Positions 46,440 to 57,825 of a stretch of 64,000 nucleotides of DNA are shown here, one piece after another; the stretch's first letter is position 1; every line of letters starts with the position of its first letter. A program made the translations under genes and the position numbers. The notes beneath the pieces are model-generated. The model was not told the DNA's origin. It saw only the letters and a list, made by a program, of their open reading frames with translations, and did not search any database. Source of the DNA: Mollicutes bacterium (GTDB lineage: Bacteria; Bacillota_I; Bacilli_A; Mycoplasmatales; MT37); assembly GCA_029976705.1 (NCBI GenBank), contig JARVCM010000013.1, forward strand, positions 5,612 to 69,611, written 5' to 3'.

Positions 46440-47242
46440 CAACACTTTTTCTTGTTGCTACACCAATTGGTGCTTTAAAAGCAATCAGTTTAAACGCAAT
46501 TGAAACTTTACAAACAGTTAAAGTTGTTTTTTGCGAAGATACTAGAATTAGTAAAAAATTATTTGAAAAATTTGATATTGAAACAAAAAAACACAGTTTT
46601 CACAAATTTAACGAAAAAAATAATTGAATAAAAGTAATAAATTATTTACAAAACGGTGATGATGTCGCTTTAATTTCTTGTGCCGGAATTCCTTTAATTG
46701 CCGATCCAGGATTTGATTTGGTCAAAAAAGTCTTGGATCATGAATTTAATGTAAGTGCTATAGGAGTAAATAGTGCTTTTTTATCGGCCTTAATTTGTTC
46801 TGGTATTACTGTGGAAAAATTTACTTTTCATAATTTTTTAATTGCTAAAAAATCCAATAAAGAAAAACAAATTTTCAAAATATTAAAACAAAAAGAAACA
46901 ATTGTTTGCTATGAGTCAGTTCATAAAATGAAAGACACTTTAATGATTTTAAAAAAATTAGCACCACAACGAAATTTTTGTTTAGGTAGAGAAATTAGTA
47001 AAAAATACGAAACATTTTATCGTGGTAACTTAGAATCTTTAGATTTATCAACTTTTAGATTTCAAGGAGAATTTGTTTTGGTAATTGCTGGTAATACCGA
47101 TAAAAACCTTATTAATCTACAAGATTTTTTAAATAAAATTAAAACAATTGATTTGAAAAATAAACAAATTATGCAATTGGGAAAAATTTTTTTTGGTTTA
47201 AAACATAAAGATTTATACAAAATTATTCATAACAAAAAATAG
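46403..47242 (+). CDS. rsmI: 16S rRNA 2'-O-methyltransferase RsmI
   Basis: LFLVATPIGAL..ISLNAIETL..VFCEDTR and CAGIPLIADPGF motifs. Confidence 0.85.
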
Positions 47243-47303
47243 AAAAATAAATAGTTTAATTGTTAAAATAAATAATTGTATAAAATTATTATTGAAGTAA
47301 AAA

Positions 47304-48836
47304 GTGAATAAAAAAAAAATATTTTATATTAGTACGCCTATTTATTACGCTAATGCGAAGCCGCATTTAGGGCATTTATATTCAACTCTTTATGCCGATT
47401 TTGTAGCAAGATTTCAACGCACACAAAGCAAAGAAGTTTTTTTTATAACCGGTTGTGATCAGCATGGTAGCAAAATTGCTAAAGCAGCAAAAAAAAATAA
47501 AACAAACACAGAAACATTCATCAAAACAAATACACAACATTTTTTAAATTTATGAAAATTAACTGATATCAGTTATACTCATTTTGTTGAAACCCATAAC
47601 TTGAAACACCAAGTTTTTGTGGTTAATGTTTTTAATAATTTTTTAAAGAAAAAATATCTTTATTTGAATTATTATCAAGGTTTATATTGTTCTGGTTGCG
47701 AAAGTTTCTTAAGTGATGAGCAATTATTAAAAGATCAAAAAGAAGAAAAATGTCTTGTTTGTCAAAAAAAACCGATTTTTTTAAAAGAAAAAAATTTTTT
47801 TCTCAAAATAAACGATCAAGATCGTAATTTTTTGCAAAAATTATTTCAACAATGAAAGAAAAAAAAAGAAATAGGTCATAATTGAACCAATTCATTAAAT
47901 GAACTTTTAAAAATACCCAAATTAGATCTTTCTATCACTCGTTGTCGGGTGGAATGAGCAATTAAATTAAGTAAACAATTTCCCAAACACACAGCGTATG
48001 TATGATTTGATGCCTTATGAAGTTATATCTCCGTTTTAACTACAGAAGAACGAGAACTAATTTGAAAAAACAATGACAGTCAAATTGTTCATGTTTTAGG
48101 CAAAGAAATTACTAAATTTCATTTAGTATATTGACCTTTGTTTTTAGAAAAAGATGAATGAAAAAAACCCGATAATTTTCTTATTCACGGTTGAATTTTA
48201 AACGATGAACAAAAAATGTCTAAATCAATCGGTAATGTCGTTTCACCAGAAGAAATTATTAAGAAATATGGAGTAAATGTATTACGTATTTTTATTGCTT
48301 CTTTAATTAAACCGCACTTAGATATCAAATATAGCGAGGAATTAATAGAAAATTTTTATCGGACAAATTTAGTTAATAATTTTAGCAATTACATTCATCG
48401 CTTGTTAATAATGATAGAAAAATATCAACCTGATTTTACACAAATTAATAAATTAAAAAAACAATTTCAAGTCAAAGATTTAATCTGAAAAAAACAGTTA
48501 CAAACTTTTATTGATCAATATCACGATTTATTTAACAAATTTGAAATTAGTCAGGCATTACAAATTATTTTTGATCTCTTAAATTTTGGTAATCAAATGA
48601 TTGAAAAAGAAAAGCCCTGAAATTTAGCAAAAGAAAAAAATATTTATTTAAACTTTTTTCTTTTTAACAGTTTATTGAATTTAAAAATTGTTGCATTGCT
48701 TTTGAAACCTTTTGCAATATCATTAAGCAAACAAATTTTGAAAACACTTAATTTAAATAACGACGAAAGTTTTAATTTGGACTTAAATTGAGAAACATCA
48801 TTTAAACTTGAAAAAGTGGTAAAATTTTTTGAATAG
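47304..48836 (+). CDS. metG: methionyl-tRNA synthetase (no C-terminal tRNA-binding domain)
   Basis: [16 protein letters not shown] (HIGH), KMSKSIGN and a CxxC..CxxC knuckle. GTG start. Confidence 0.9.
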
Positions 48837-49409
48837 ATGAAAAACACAAAATCTTCAAAAAATTCCACACACAATTTAATAGAAAGCGTTCTTTTTGATC
48901 ACAAAGTTATTTTACAAGGCATTAAAATTTTAGCAGAAAAGTTAAATAAAAAATATAAAAACAAAAAGCATCCTATCATTTTTTTAGGAGTTTTAAAGGG
49001 TTGTTTGCCTTTTATGATGGAATTAATTAAACATTTAAAATTTGATCTTAAAATTGATTTTATGGTAGTGAGCTCTTATTTTGGTGGCGTGGAAAAACGC
49101 TTTCAAAAACCTAAGTTAATCTTAGATGTGGGCAATGATTTAAGTGATCATCATATTGTAATAATTGAAGACATTATTGAAACAGGAATTACAATTCAAA
49201 CAATCAAAAAACATCTCAAATTAAAAGAACCGAAATCAATTAAAGTGGCAAGTTTAATTTATAAAAAAGAAATGAATATTGATAATTTAGAAATTGTTCC
49301 TGATTGATATGTTTTTGAAGCTCCGATGAGATTTTTAGTTGGTTTTGGATTAGATTTTGAAGAAAAATTACGAAATCTTGATTACATTGGAATTTTAAAG
49401 GGAAATTAA
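48837..49409 (+). CDS. hpt: hypoxanthine(-guanine) phosphoribosyltransferase, paralogue 2
   Basis: DFMVVSSY, IVIIEDIIETGIT and LVGFGLDFEEKLRNL. 190 aa, the same length as paralogue 1 but strongly diverged from it. Confidence 0.85.
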
Positions 49410-49429
49410 TACTTAAAAATTTACGTTTA

Positions 49430-50719
49430 ATGGCAATTGGCAAAAATAAAACATTTCAAAAAAACGATCATCGCGAGATCAATAAAAAATTAAAATTTTT
49501 TCATTTTTCTGAAAATGTTGGTTCTAGTTTACCAATTTGATTGCCTAATGGTGAATTAGTAAAACATTTAATCAAACAATATTTAAAAAAATTGGAAACA
49601 GAATACAATTTTAATTTTGTTACTACTCCTGTTTTAGGAAAAATTGAAATGTATAAAACAAGCGGTCATTTAGAGCATTATCAGGAATATATGTTTCCGG
49701 CAATAAAAGTAAATGAGCAAAAATTAATGTTAAGGCCGATGGCTTGTCCTCATCATTGTAAGGTTTTTTGTCATCAAAATTATTCTTATCAAGATTTACC
49801 TGTTCGTATGTCTGAAAACGTTTTGTTGTTTCGTTATGAAAAAAGTGGTGCTATTCATGGTTTAGAAAGAGTTCGCCAAATGGAATTAAAAGACGCTCAT
49901 ATTTTTCTCCCTAAAAATAAGTCAATTATCAAAAAAGAAATTACTAATTGTTTTTTTATGATTAAAACAGCATTAAGAAAATTAGGTTTAAAAATAGATA
50001 AAATTTATCTTTCTTTGCATGATTCAGAAAATATGAAAAAATATTATCATGATATTAATCTCTGAAAAAAAACTGAAAATATTCTGGAAGAAGTTTTAAC
50101 TGAATTAAAAGTAACGTTTGAAAAAGTAAAGGGCGAAGCGGCTTTTTATGGTCCTAAAATTGATTTCCAAGTCAATACTGTTTTACAACATGATGTAACT
50201 ATTTCCACAATACAACTAGATTTTTTATTAGGGGAAAAATTTAAATTAAAATATCGCACCAAAAAACAAAACAAGGGGGAAATATTTGCAACCCCTATTG
50301 TTGTTCACCTCGGAACTATTGGAACTTATGAACGGTTATTATCATTATTATTAGAACAAAAAAACGGTTGATTACCTTTTTGGTTGTCTCCTGCACAAAT
50401 TATGATTTTTTCTATGAATAACGATGAAACAACTAAAAAATACGCACAGAAAGTTTTTGAATTTTTGAAAAGTCATGATTTACGTGTAGAAATGATGGAT
50501 GTGAATAAAAAAATCAGCGAAAATATTAAACTAGCTTGAGAAAGAAAAGTTCCTGTACACATTTTTCTCGGCAAACAAGAAACGGAAAGCAAAACAATTA
50601 CTTATATTCATCACAACCATCCTCAAACAAAACATAATAAAGATATTTTTCAATTAATTGATCAATGTCAAAAATGAATGAACAATATTGAATCAGAAAA
50701 AAATAAAAAACAAAAATAA
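49430..50719 (+). CDS. thrS: threonyl-tRNA synthetase, catalytic plus anticodon-binding domains only (429 aa)
   Basis: The protein starts 12 residues before the DHRE motif that opens the class II core. Contains TSGHLEHYQEYMF, RPMACPHH, LERVRQMELKDAHIF and GEAAFYGPKIDF. Confidence 0.87.
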
Positions 50720-50804
50720 ATAAATTGACTAAAAACGGTAAAACTGTAAAGAAAAAAATAATTAATCATTTGTGAAATAAAAAATAATGCACAAGATATA
50801 AAAT

Positions 50805-51389
50805 ATGAAAAATAGCAGACCGTTCTTCAAGAAAAAAAGAGATTTATTAAATGACTTTATCCCTTTTTCTAAATTTGTTGTCATTGACGAAAATAAGCAA
50901 AATTTAGGCATTTTAGAAAAAGAAGTTGCTTTAAAATTAGCAAAAGAAAAACAATTAGATATCATTTGTGTTGTGACCAATACAAAAACGCCTATTTGTA
51001 AAATTGTGAATTACGATAATTATCGTTTTCAAAGACAAAAAAGTATTAAAAAACAACGACAAAACAAATCTGAATCGGAAGAAAAAGAAATTCGCTTTTC
51101 TGCTTCAATTGATGTAAATGATTTAAAAATTAAAGCAATGCGTTGTCAAAAATTTTTAGAAAAGCGTAAAAAAGTTAAAGTCACGATGCGTTTGCGCGGA
51201 AGAGAAAAATACATTCCTAAATACGGAATTGATAAAATTAATTCTTTTATAGAAATGATTAAAGACGTTGCAATAATAACTAAACCACCTAAATTACAAA
51301 ATAATGCATATAATATGCTGTTAGAGTGTGCAAAAAATAAATCAACCAAAATAAAAATAAAAAATGAAAAACAAAATGAAAACCCATAA
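50805..51389 (+). CDS. infC: translation initiation factor IF-3
   Basis: VIDENKQNLGILEKEVALKLAKEKQLDIICV and the C-terminal domain. First gene of the infC-rpmI-rplT operon order. Confidence 0.9.
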   Translation: MKNSRPFFKKKRDLLNDFIPFSKFVVIDENKQNLGILEKEVALKLAKEKQLDIICVVTNTKTPICKIVNYDNYRFQRQKSIKKQRQNKSESEEKEIRFSASIDVNDLKIKAMRCQKFLEKRKKVKVTMRLRGREKYIPKYGIDKINSFIEMIKDVAIITKPPKLQNNAYNMLLECAKNKSTKIKIKNEKQNENP

Positions 51390-51561
51390 GGGGTTAAAAA
51401 AAAGAATTAAAATTACTGGTACAGGAAAATGAATGCACAAATCTGCCAACACTTCTCATCTTGCTGGAAGCAAAACTAAACGTCAAAAAAAACGACTTGA
51501 TCAGTCAAATATAGTAAGTAAATGTGATTTTAAAAGATTAAGATCTAAATTAGGATTATAA
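51364..51561 (+). CDS. rpmI: 50S ribosomal protein L35
   Basis: [19 protein letters not shown].. Confidence 0.87.
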
Positions 51562-51568
51562 AGAGATA

Positions 51569-51925
51569 ATGAGAGTCAAAGGTAGCGTCGCGACAAGAAA
51601 AAGAAGAAAAAAGATTTTAACTCTAGCAAAAGGGTATGTTGGTTCTAAACACGCTTTGTTTCGTGTCGCCAACGAACAGATGTTACACTCTTTGAGTTAT
51701 GCATATCGTGACCGTCGTAATCGTAAACGTGATTTTCGCGTTCTTTGAATCAAAAGGTTGAACGCAATGGTGCGTACTTACGGAATAAATTATTCACAAT
51801 TTATTTTTGCTATGCATAAGGCTAATTTACAAATTAATCGTAAAATTCTTGCCAGCATTGCGGTAGAAAATCCACAAAGTTTTGATCTGGTAATGGAAGT
51901 TGTAAAAAAACATTTAAAAACTTAA
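51569..51925 (+). CDS. rplT: 50S ribosomal protein L20
   Basis: [38 protein letters not shown]. Confidence 0.92.
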
Positions 51926-51927
51926 CA

Positions 51928-53055
51928 ATGGATGCAATAGTAATCGTTGGTTTAATTCTCATTTTTGTTGTTCTTGTTGCATTGTTTGTTTATTTAGTGT
52001 GAAGTCGTTTTCAGGAACTTCACACTTTACCTAAAATTAATCCAGAAATTCAAAATCAAGGAGCAAAAATTGTTGAACAAATTCTCCAATTAGATAAAAA
52101 TGTGCATGAATTAAAAATCAAAAACGAAGGAAATAGTGAAATTTTAAGTAAATCTTTAGAAAATTTAAAAACATCAACAAAACAAATTGATTGAGGACAA
52201 AAAGAAAACAAAAGCAAAATGGAAAGAATGATCAACAGCATTCAAGAATTAACAAACAACGTGGAAAAAACTAAAACCGGCAATGAAGTTTTGACAAATA
52301 AAATGGAAACTTTAAACAATATTTTTATAAGTAATTATCAAAGAGGAAAATTAGGAGAAGTTTCATTGTATTTTATTTTGGAAAGCATTTTAACCAAAGA
52401 TAGCGAAGTTGTTCATCGTCAATACTTGATGAAAAACGGAAAACGTCCTGATGCTTTTATCAAAATTGAAAACAATAATATTCCTATTGATAGTAAATTT
52501 CCTTTTGATAATTTTTTAAAAATTTTAGAATTAAAAAGCAATACTCCAGAATATGACAAAAGTTTATCTTCTTTTAAAAAAAACATTGAAGTTCACATCA
52601 AAAAAATTGCTGAAAGTTATATTTCAGAAATAGATGATGCCGCTTATGCTGTCATGTATTTGCCTTCACAACCTATTTTTGACCTTATTTTTAGTCAAAA
52701 AAAAATGGAATCCATCGTAAAACTAGCAAACGAAAAAAAAATTGTAATTTTAGGACCTAACACTTTGCCGATTTTGTTACGTTTAGTTTCAGAATTTTTA
52801 TGAAAAATGCGTTTATTAGGTAAAACTACAGAAACAATTGGTTTTTTAAAAGACATGACTAAAGAATTCGTTCGTCATAGTGAACGTTGAAATAAATTAG
52901 AAAATCGTATTGATGGTTTAAGTAAAGATGCTAAAAATTTCAGCATTACAACAAATAAAATTAACAAAAAATTTGAAGAAATCGAACGAGGAAAATTTGA
53001 TGCTGCACTTTCTGCTTCTGAGCAAAAAAAAAATAAATTTACTGAATTAAAATAA
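51928..53055 (+). CDS. rmuC: DNA recombination protein RmuC
   Basis: N-terminal TM, coiled coil, and KRPDAFIKIENNNIPIDSKFP .. AVMYLPS nuclease-like core. Confidence 0.8.
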
Positions 53056-53261
53056 ATTTAACATAGTTTTCTATATCAAATTTTTTTATTCGGAAAAAAT
53101 AAAAAAAGAAATTTAAATTTTATCTTGATTATTTTTATTCATAATTAGTCAATGCATATTCATTAAAAGCAAATTAAAAAACTCCGTTTTATTTTTTTAA
53201 AAAAAGATGTTTTTTTCTTTGCAAAAATTAAGGTAGAATTGTAAAAAGTTTTAATAAAAAA

Positions 53262-54326
53262 ATGAAAAATATTTTTATGAATTTCAAAAAAAACAAACAA
53301 TTTTTTGCACAAGTTACAACAAAAAACAACAACGAAAACACAAATAAAGAATTAAAAAAATTATCTTCAAAAATTGCAGCAATTATTTTTGTTAATTTGA
53401 TTTCTGTAATTGTAATAAGTCAGTTATTGCTCGCTAGTAAAATTTATATTCCTGGCTTTTACTGAATTTCACAAACAGTTGTTTATCAAAACGAAAAACA
53501 GCTAGAAAGTTGAAGTAAAGAGTTTATTTTTAATTTTAAAAATTTATTCTTTTTCGGAATCACTTTTTTTATTAACATTAGCATGTCAATCTTTGCTTAT
53601 TTTTGAATTGGTAAAATTTATGCGAAATTTTCCGCTCTTTATATGACAATATGATTTGTTTTTGGAGTAATTGTGTCTTTAAACGACGTTCAAAATTTAT
53701 TAGGAAAAACAAAAATATTTGATTTTGGATTTAAAGACGTTTCTCAACGAACAAAACAAATTAGTTTTTATATCATTGCTTTTATTTCTGGTTTTTCTTC
53801 TGGATTATTAAACAGTATTATTTGAAAATATAATTTTTCAGGTGATGGTTTAGACATTATTTACACATATTTAGCAATTCAAAAAAAGAAAGAAATACAT
53901 AAAATCTCTTTACCAATTAGTTTAGTCACGCTTTGTATTAATATTATTATCAACGAAGTAGGCGGTTCACACTTTAATCTTTTAATCTTTACTTCGTTGT
54001 TAATCGCTTCATTAACTTTTAGTTATACGCGCGCAACTGTTATCAACCATTTATATCCCAAATATAAAATTACAACCGTAATGATTATTACTACCAAAGG
54101 CCCTGAAGTTACCAAAGAATTATGTAAATTTTATGGTCACGGCGGAAACATTATCCAAACACAAGGTTTATACAAAAAAGAACCAAAAGAGATAATTATC
54201 ACGTCCATGACTTATTTAGAAAAAAACAAAGTCATAAAAACCATTAATAAAATTGATAAAAAAGCTTTTTTTGTGGGATTACCAACTGATTTTGTGGAAG
54301 GTAAATTTAATTTTTTCAATAATTAA
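53262..54326 (+). CDS. YitT-family membrane protein (DUF2179 C-terminal domain)
   Basis: Polytopic N-terminal part plus the soluble C-terminal ..VMIITTKGPEVTKELCKFYGHGGNIIQTQGLYKKEPKEIIITSMT.. pattern. Confidence 0.68.
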
Positions 54327-54372
54327 ATATTCGCATTTCACAGCAAAATTGTTATAATCTTTAGTTATCATT

Positions 54373-55716
54373 ATGTCGTCTATTGCTCGTATTAAATTAC
54401 ATCCAAAACATTTTTTGGAACAAGAAATAACAATAAAATGTTGAATTAAAAATAATCGCGATGGTAAAAAAATTGGTTTTTTAGCAGTATCTGATGGTTT
54501 ATCATTTGACACTCTACAAATTGTATATCATCATTATTTAACAAATTTTGATCAAATTAAAAAACTTTCTCCTGGCAGCGCTATTGTTGTTTTTGGAAAA
54601 TTCAAAACAGCAAATGAAAAAGAAATTATTGAATTACAAGCTATTAAAATTGAAATTATTAATGCTACTCAAACAGATTATTTTTTACAAAAAAAAGCAC
54701 ACAGTCCCGAATTTTTACGTCAAAAAGCAGAATTAAGAGCACGGAGCAATCTTTTTCAAATAATTTTTCGTATACGTCACAGCATTAGCTTGGCAATTCA
54801 TAATTTTTTTGCTAATGAAGGTTTTCTTTATTTACATTCCCCTATTTTAACCAGTAACGACTGTGAAGGAGGAGGTGAAAATTTTCAAGTCAGTAATTCT
54901 CTAGACAAAGAGCAATTATTTTTTAAAAAAAATGCTAATTTAACCGTTAGTGGTCAATTGCACGCTGAATCTTTTGCACAAAGTTATCAAAAAGTTTATA
55001 CTTTTGGACCTACTTTTCGCGCTGAAAAATCAAACACTCTTTCTCATAGTTCAGAATTTTGAATGATTGAACCAGAAATAGCTTTCGGCAATAAGGCACA
55101 AGGCATTCTTTTGGCAACTAAATTAGTAAAACATGTTATTCAAAAAATCTACATTAATCATCAAAAAGAATTACAATTTCTAGAAAAAAAACATGCAATT
55201 AATTTGACAAATAAATTAAAAAATATTTTTCAAAATGATTTTATTCAAATTACATATACAAAGTCTTTAGAAATTATTAATAATTTTGATAAAAATGTCA
55301 CTTCATTGATTTGAGGAGATGATTTAAAAAAAGAGCATGAATTATTTTTATGTCAACATTTTGATAACAAACCGGTTTTTGTTACTGATTATCCTAAAAA
55401 AATAAAAGCTTTTTACATGAAACAAAACAGCGATCAAAAAACTGTCAGTTGCTTTGATTTATTATTTCCCAAAGTAGGAGAAGTTTTAGGAGGCAGCGAA
55501 CGTGAAAATGATTATCAAAAAATTATCAGCGCCTTAAAAGAAAAAAAAATATCTTCAAAGGGCTTGGAGTGATATCTCAATTTACGCTTACAAGGTTATG
55601 GTGGTTCTACAGGATTTGGATTAGGTCTAGATCGCTTGCTAATGTTTATAACAGAAGTGAATAATATTCGTGATGTTATCCCGTTTTATCGTGGATATAA
55701 ATCTTTAGAATATTAA
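54373..55716 (+). CDS. asnS: asparaginyl-tRNA synthetase
   Basis: FRAEKSNTLSHSSEFWMIEPE (motif 2) and GGSTGFGLGLDRL (motif 3), with an OB-fold N-terminus. Confidence 0.9.
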
Positions 55717-55821
55717 CTTTTAAGATTAAAATAAACGATTTTTATTTATTTAATTGTTTAAAAATTATTTATCTCTCTCCTTGCTATATAATTTTATTGA
55801 AGAGAAATATTTAGCAATTTG

Positions 55822-56445
55822 ATGAATAATTCAGAGTGATTAAAAAGCGGAATTATTTCAGTAATTACTGGTTGTATGTTTGCTGGTAAAACGTATGAAT
55901 TAATTCGACGATTACATGTTTTGAAACATGCACAAAAAGAAATTATTGTCTTTAATCCAAAAATAGATGAACGTTATATTCCTGGTAAAATTGTTTCTCA
56001 TAATTTTAAACTTTCGCGAATTTTTGGCATTTTAAAATCTTTTGGCGTTAAAAATAGGAATGAAGTGATTGACTTAATTACCAAATATGAAAAAATCAAC
56101 AACAAAAAAATAGACGTTATTGCCTTTGATGAAGTACAATTTTTACCAGTAGATCTTTTTGAATATATTGAAAAATGAGCACAAGCAGGAAAAATTATTA
56201 TTTGTGCTGGTTTGGATAAAGATTATGCAGATGAATATAATAGTTTAATGAGCAGACTTTTAGTGCGCGCTGATAACGTTACAAAACTTTCAGCAATTTG
56301 TGAGGTTTGCAAAGGCTTAGCACACCGCACTCAACGAATGAAAAATAATAAACCTGTTGATTATCATAATCCTAAAATTTGAATTGGTGGAAAAGAAAAT
56401 TATCAAGCCAGATGTAATTCTTGTTATAAAGAATTTTCTAAATAA
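55822..56445 (+). CDS. tdk: thymidine kinase
   Basis: GCMFAGKT P-loop, DEVQF, and the C-terminal zinc ribbon CxxC..CxxC. Confidence 0.9.
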
Positions 56446-56509
56446 ATTTAGCAAAAAAATATTTGAAAAAACAATCAATTATTAACCTATTTTTTCATTT
56501 TGTTTGCCT

Positions 56510-56538
56510 TTGTTTTGGATTAAAAATAATGATATAAT
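56510..56538 (+). promoter_or_regulatory. sigma-A-type promoter for the Cys-rich micro-ORF
   Basis: ttgttt (56510-15), a 17-bp spacer, then extended -10 tga-tataat (56530-38). Confidence 0.5.
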
Positions 56539-56563
56539 TTTCTTAGTTTTAGGAGGAAAATGT

Positions 56564-56656
56564 ATGAAAAAACAATGTTGTATAGAATGTTGTAAAAAAT
56601 GCACAAAATGCACTTGCGCAGAAGACAAATGTACTTGTTGCAAATGCAATAAATAA
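56564..56656 (+). CDS. 30-aa cysteine-rich (11 Cys), lysine-rich peptide, metallothionein-like composition
   Basis: MKKQCCIECCKKCTKCTCAEDKCTCCKCNK*. A perfect aggagg SD (56551-56) lies 7 nt upstream. It has its own promoter-like element and a terminator hairpin downstream. Confidence 0.55.
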   Translation: MKKQCCIECCKKCTKCTCAEDKCTCCKCNK

Positions 56657-56690
56657 TTTTTATTAATTTAAAAATTTATTTAGATAAATT

Positions 56691-56725
56691 CTTAATCCTC
56701 AAATTTGAGGATAAGATATTTTTTT
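56691..56725 (+). terminator. rho-independent terminator after the Cys-rich ORF
   Basis: ctta-atcctc aaattt gaggat-aag stem-loop followed by atattttttt (T7). Confidence 0.65.
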
Positions 56726-56760
56726 AACAAAAAGTTAACTTTTTGTTAAAATTTCTTCTA

Positions 56761-57825
56761 ATGTTTGATAAAAAAAAATCTGATCGTTTACTTGAAATTT
56801 TAAGTAAATATAATAAATTAGATGCTAAAGTTAAAAAATCAGCAGTAATTGCTGATTTAGACCTTTACACACAAACGAAGCGTGAAATAAAAAAAATTGA
56901 AAAAATTTCATTACTAATTGATAAGTGGAAAAAATGTCAAAAACACTTAGAAGAATGAATTCACATCAATCAAGAAGAAGTCAATTTAAAAACTTTGGCA
57001 ACAAAAGAAATCAACAATTTAAAAAAATGAATTATTAATTTAGAAAACAATATTGAAAAAACCGAAGAACAAGAAACACTAGAAAAAATCAAACACAACA
57101 CAATTATTGAAATCAGAAAGGCTGTTGGCGGAAGAGAAGCGGGTATTTTTGCTGAAGAACTTTCAAATATGTATTTTAATTTGTGCAAGCGTAAAAAATG
57201 AAAATACGAAGTTTGAGAAAAAAACTTCAATGAAGGTGAAGGTTTGAATTTAATCATTTTTTATATCAAAAACAAAGACGCTTATCCTTTATTACAACAC
57301 GAAGGTGGAGTACATCGTGTCCAAAGGATTCCAAAAACAGAAACTAATGGCAGAACACACACTTCAACAGTAACTGTGGCAATTTTAGAAGAAATTAATG
57401 AAAAAGATATGCCACTCAACGATAAAGACTTAAGAATTGACACTTTTCGTAGTAGTGGAGCGGGCGGGCAACACGTCAACACAACTGATTCAGGAGTCAG
57501 AGTTACGCATTTACCTAGTGGTTTATCAGTTGCTTGTCAAGAAGGTCGATCACAACACGATAACAAAGATAAAGCTAAAAAACTTTTAAGATCACGTTTG
57601 TCACAAATTCAAGAAAAAACAAATAATCAAAAAATTATTTCTAAACGTAATCAACAAATTGGCGAAGGAGATCGAAGTGAAAAAATTCGTACTTATAACT
57701 TTTTGCAAAATCGTGTAACTGATCATCGAATTAATTTTAGTGAAAAAAATATTAACGAAATTATGAACGGTAAATTAGATAAAATTCTCAATCAATTAAT
57801 GGTTTTAAATGATACAAAAAAATAA
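56761..57825 (+). CDS. prfA: peptide chain release factor 1
   Basis: MFDK.. N-terminus, RVQRIPKTETNGRTHTS and the SGAGGQHVNTTDS (GGQ) motif. An RF1-only set fits a code-4 organism. Confidence 0.92.

Noticed and set aside
56560-56592. Alternative short ORF MYEKTMLYRML* starting 4 nt upstream of the Cys-rich ORF
   Set aside because: Only 3 nt separate the SD from that ATG, and the product is 11 aa with nothing distinctive. The +1 frame has ideal SD spacing and the striking Cys periodicity.
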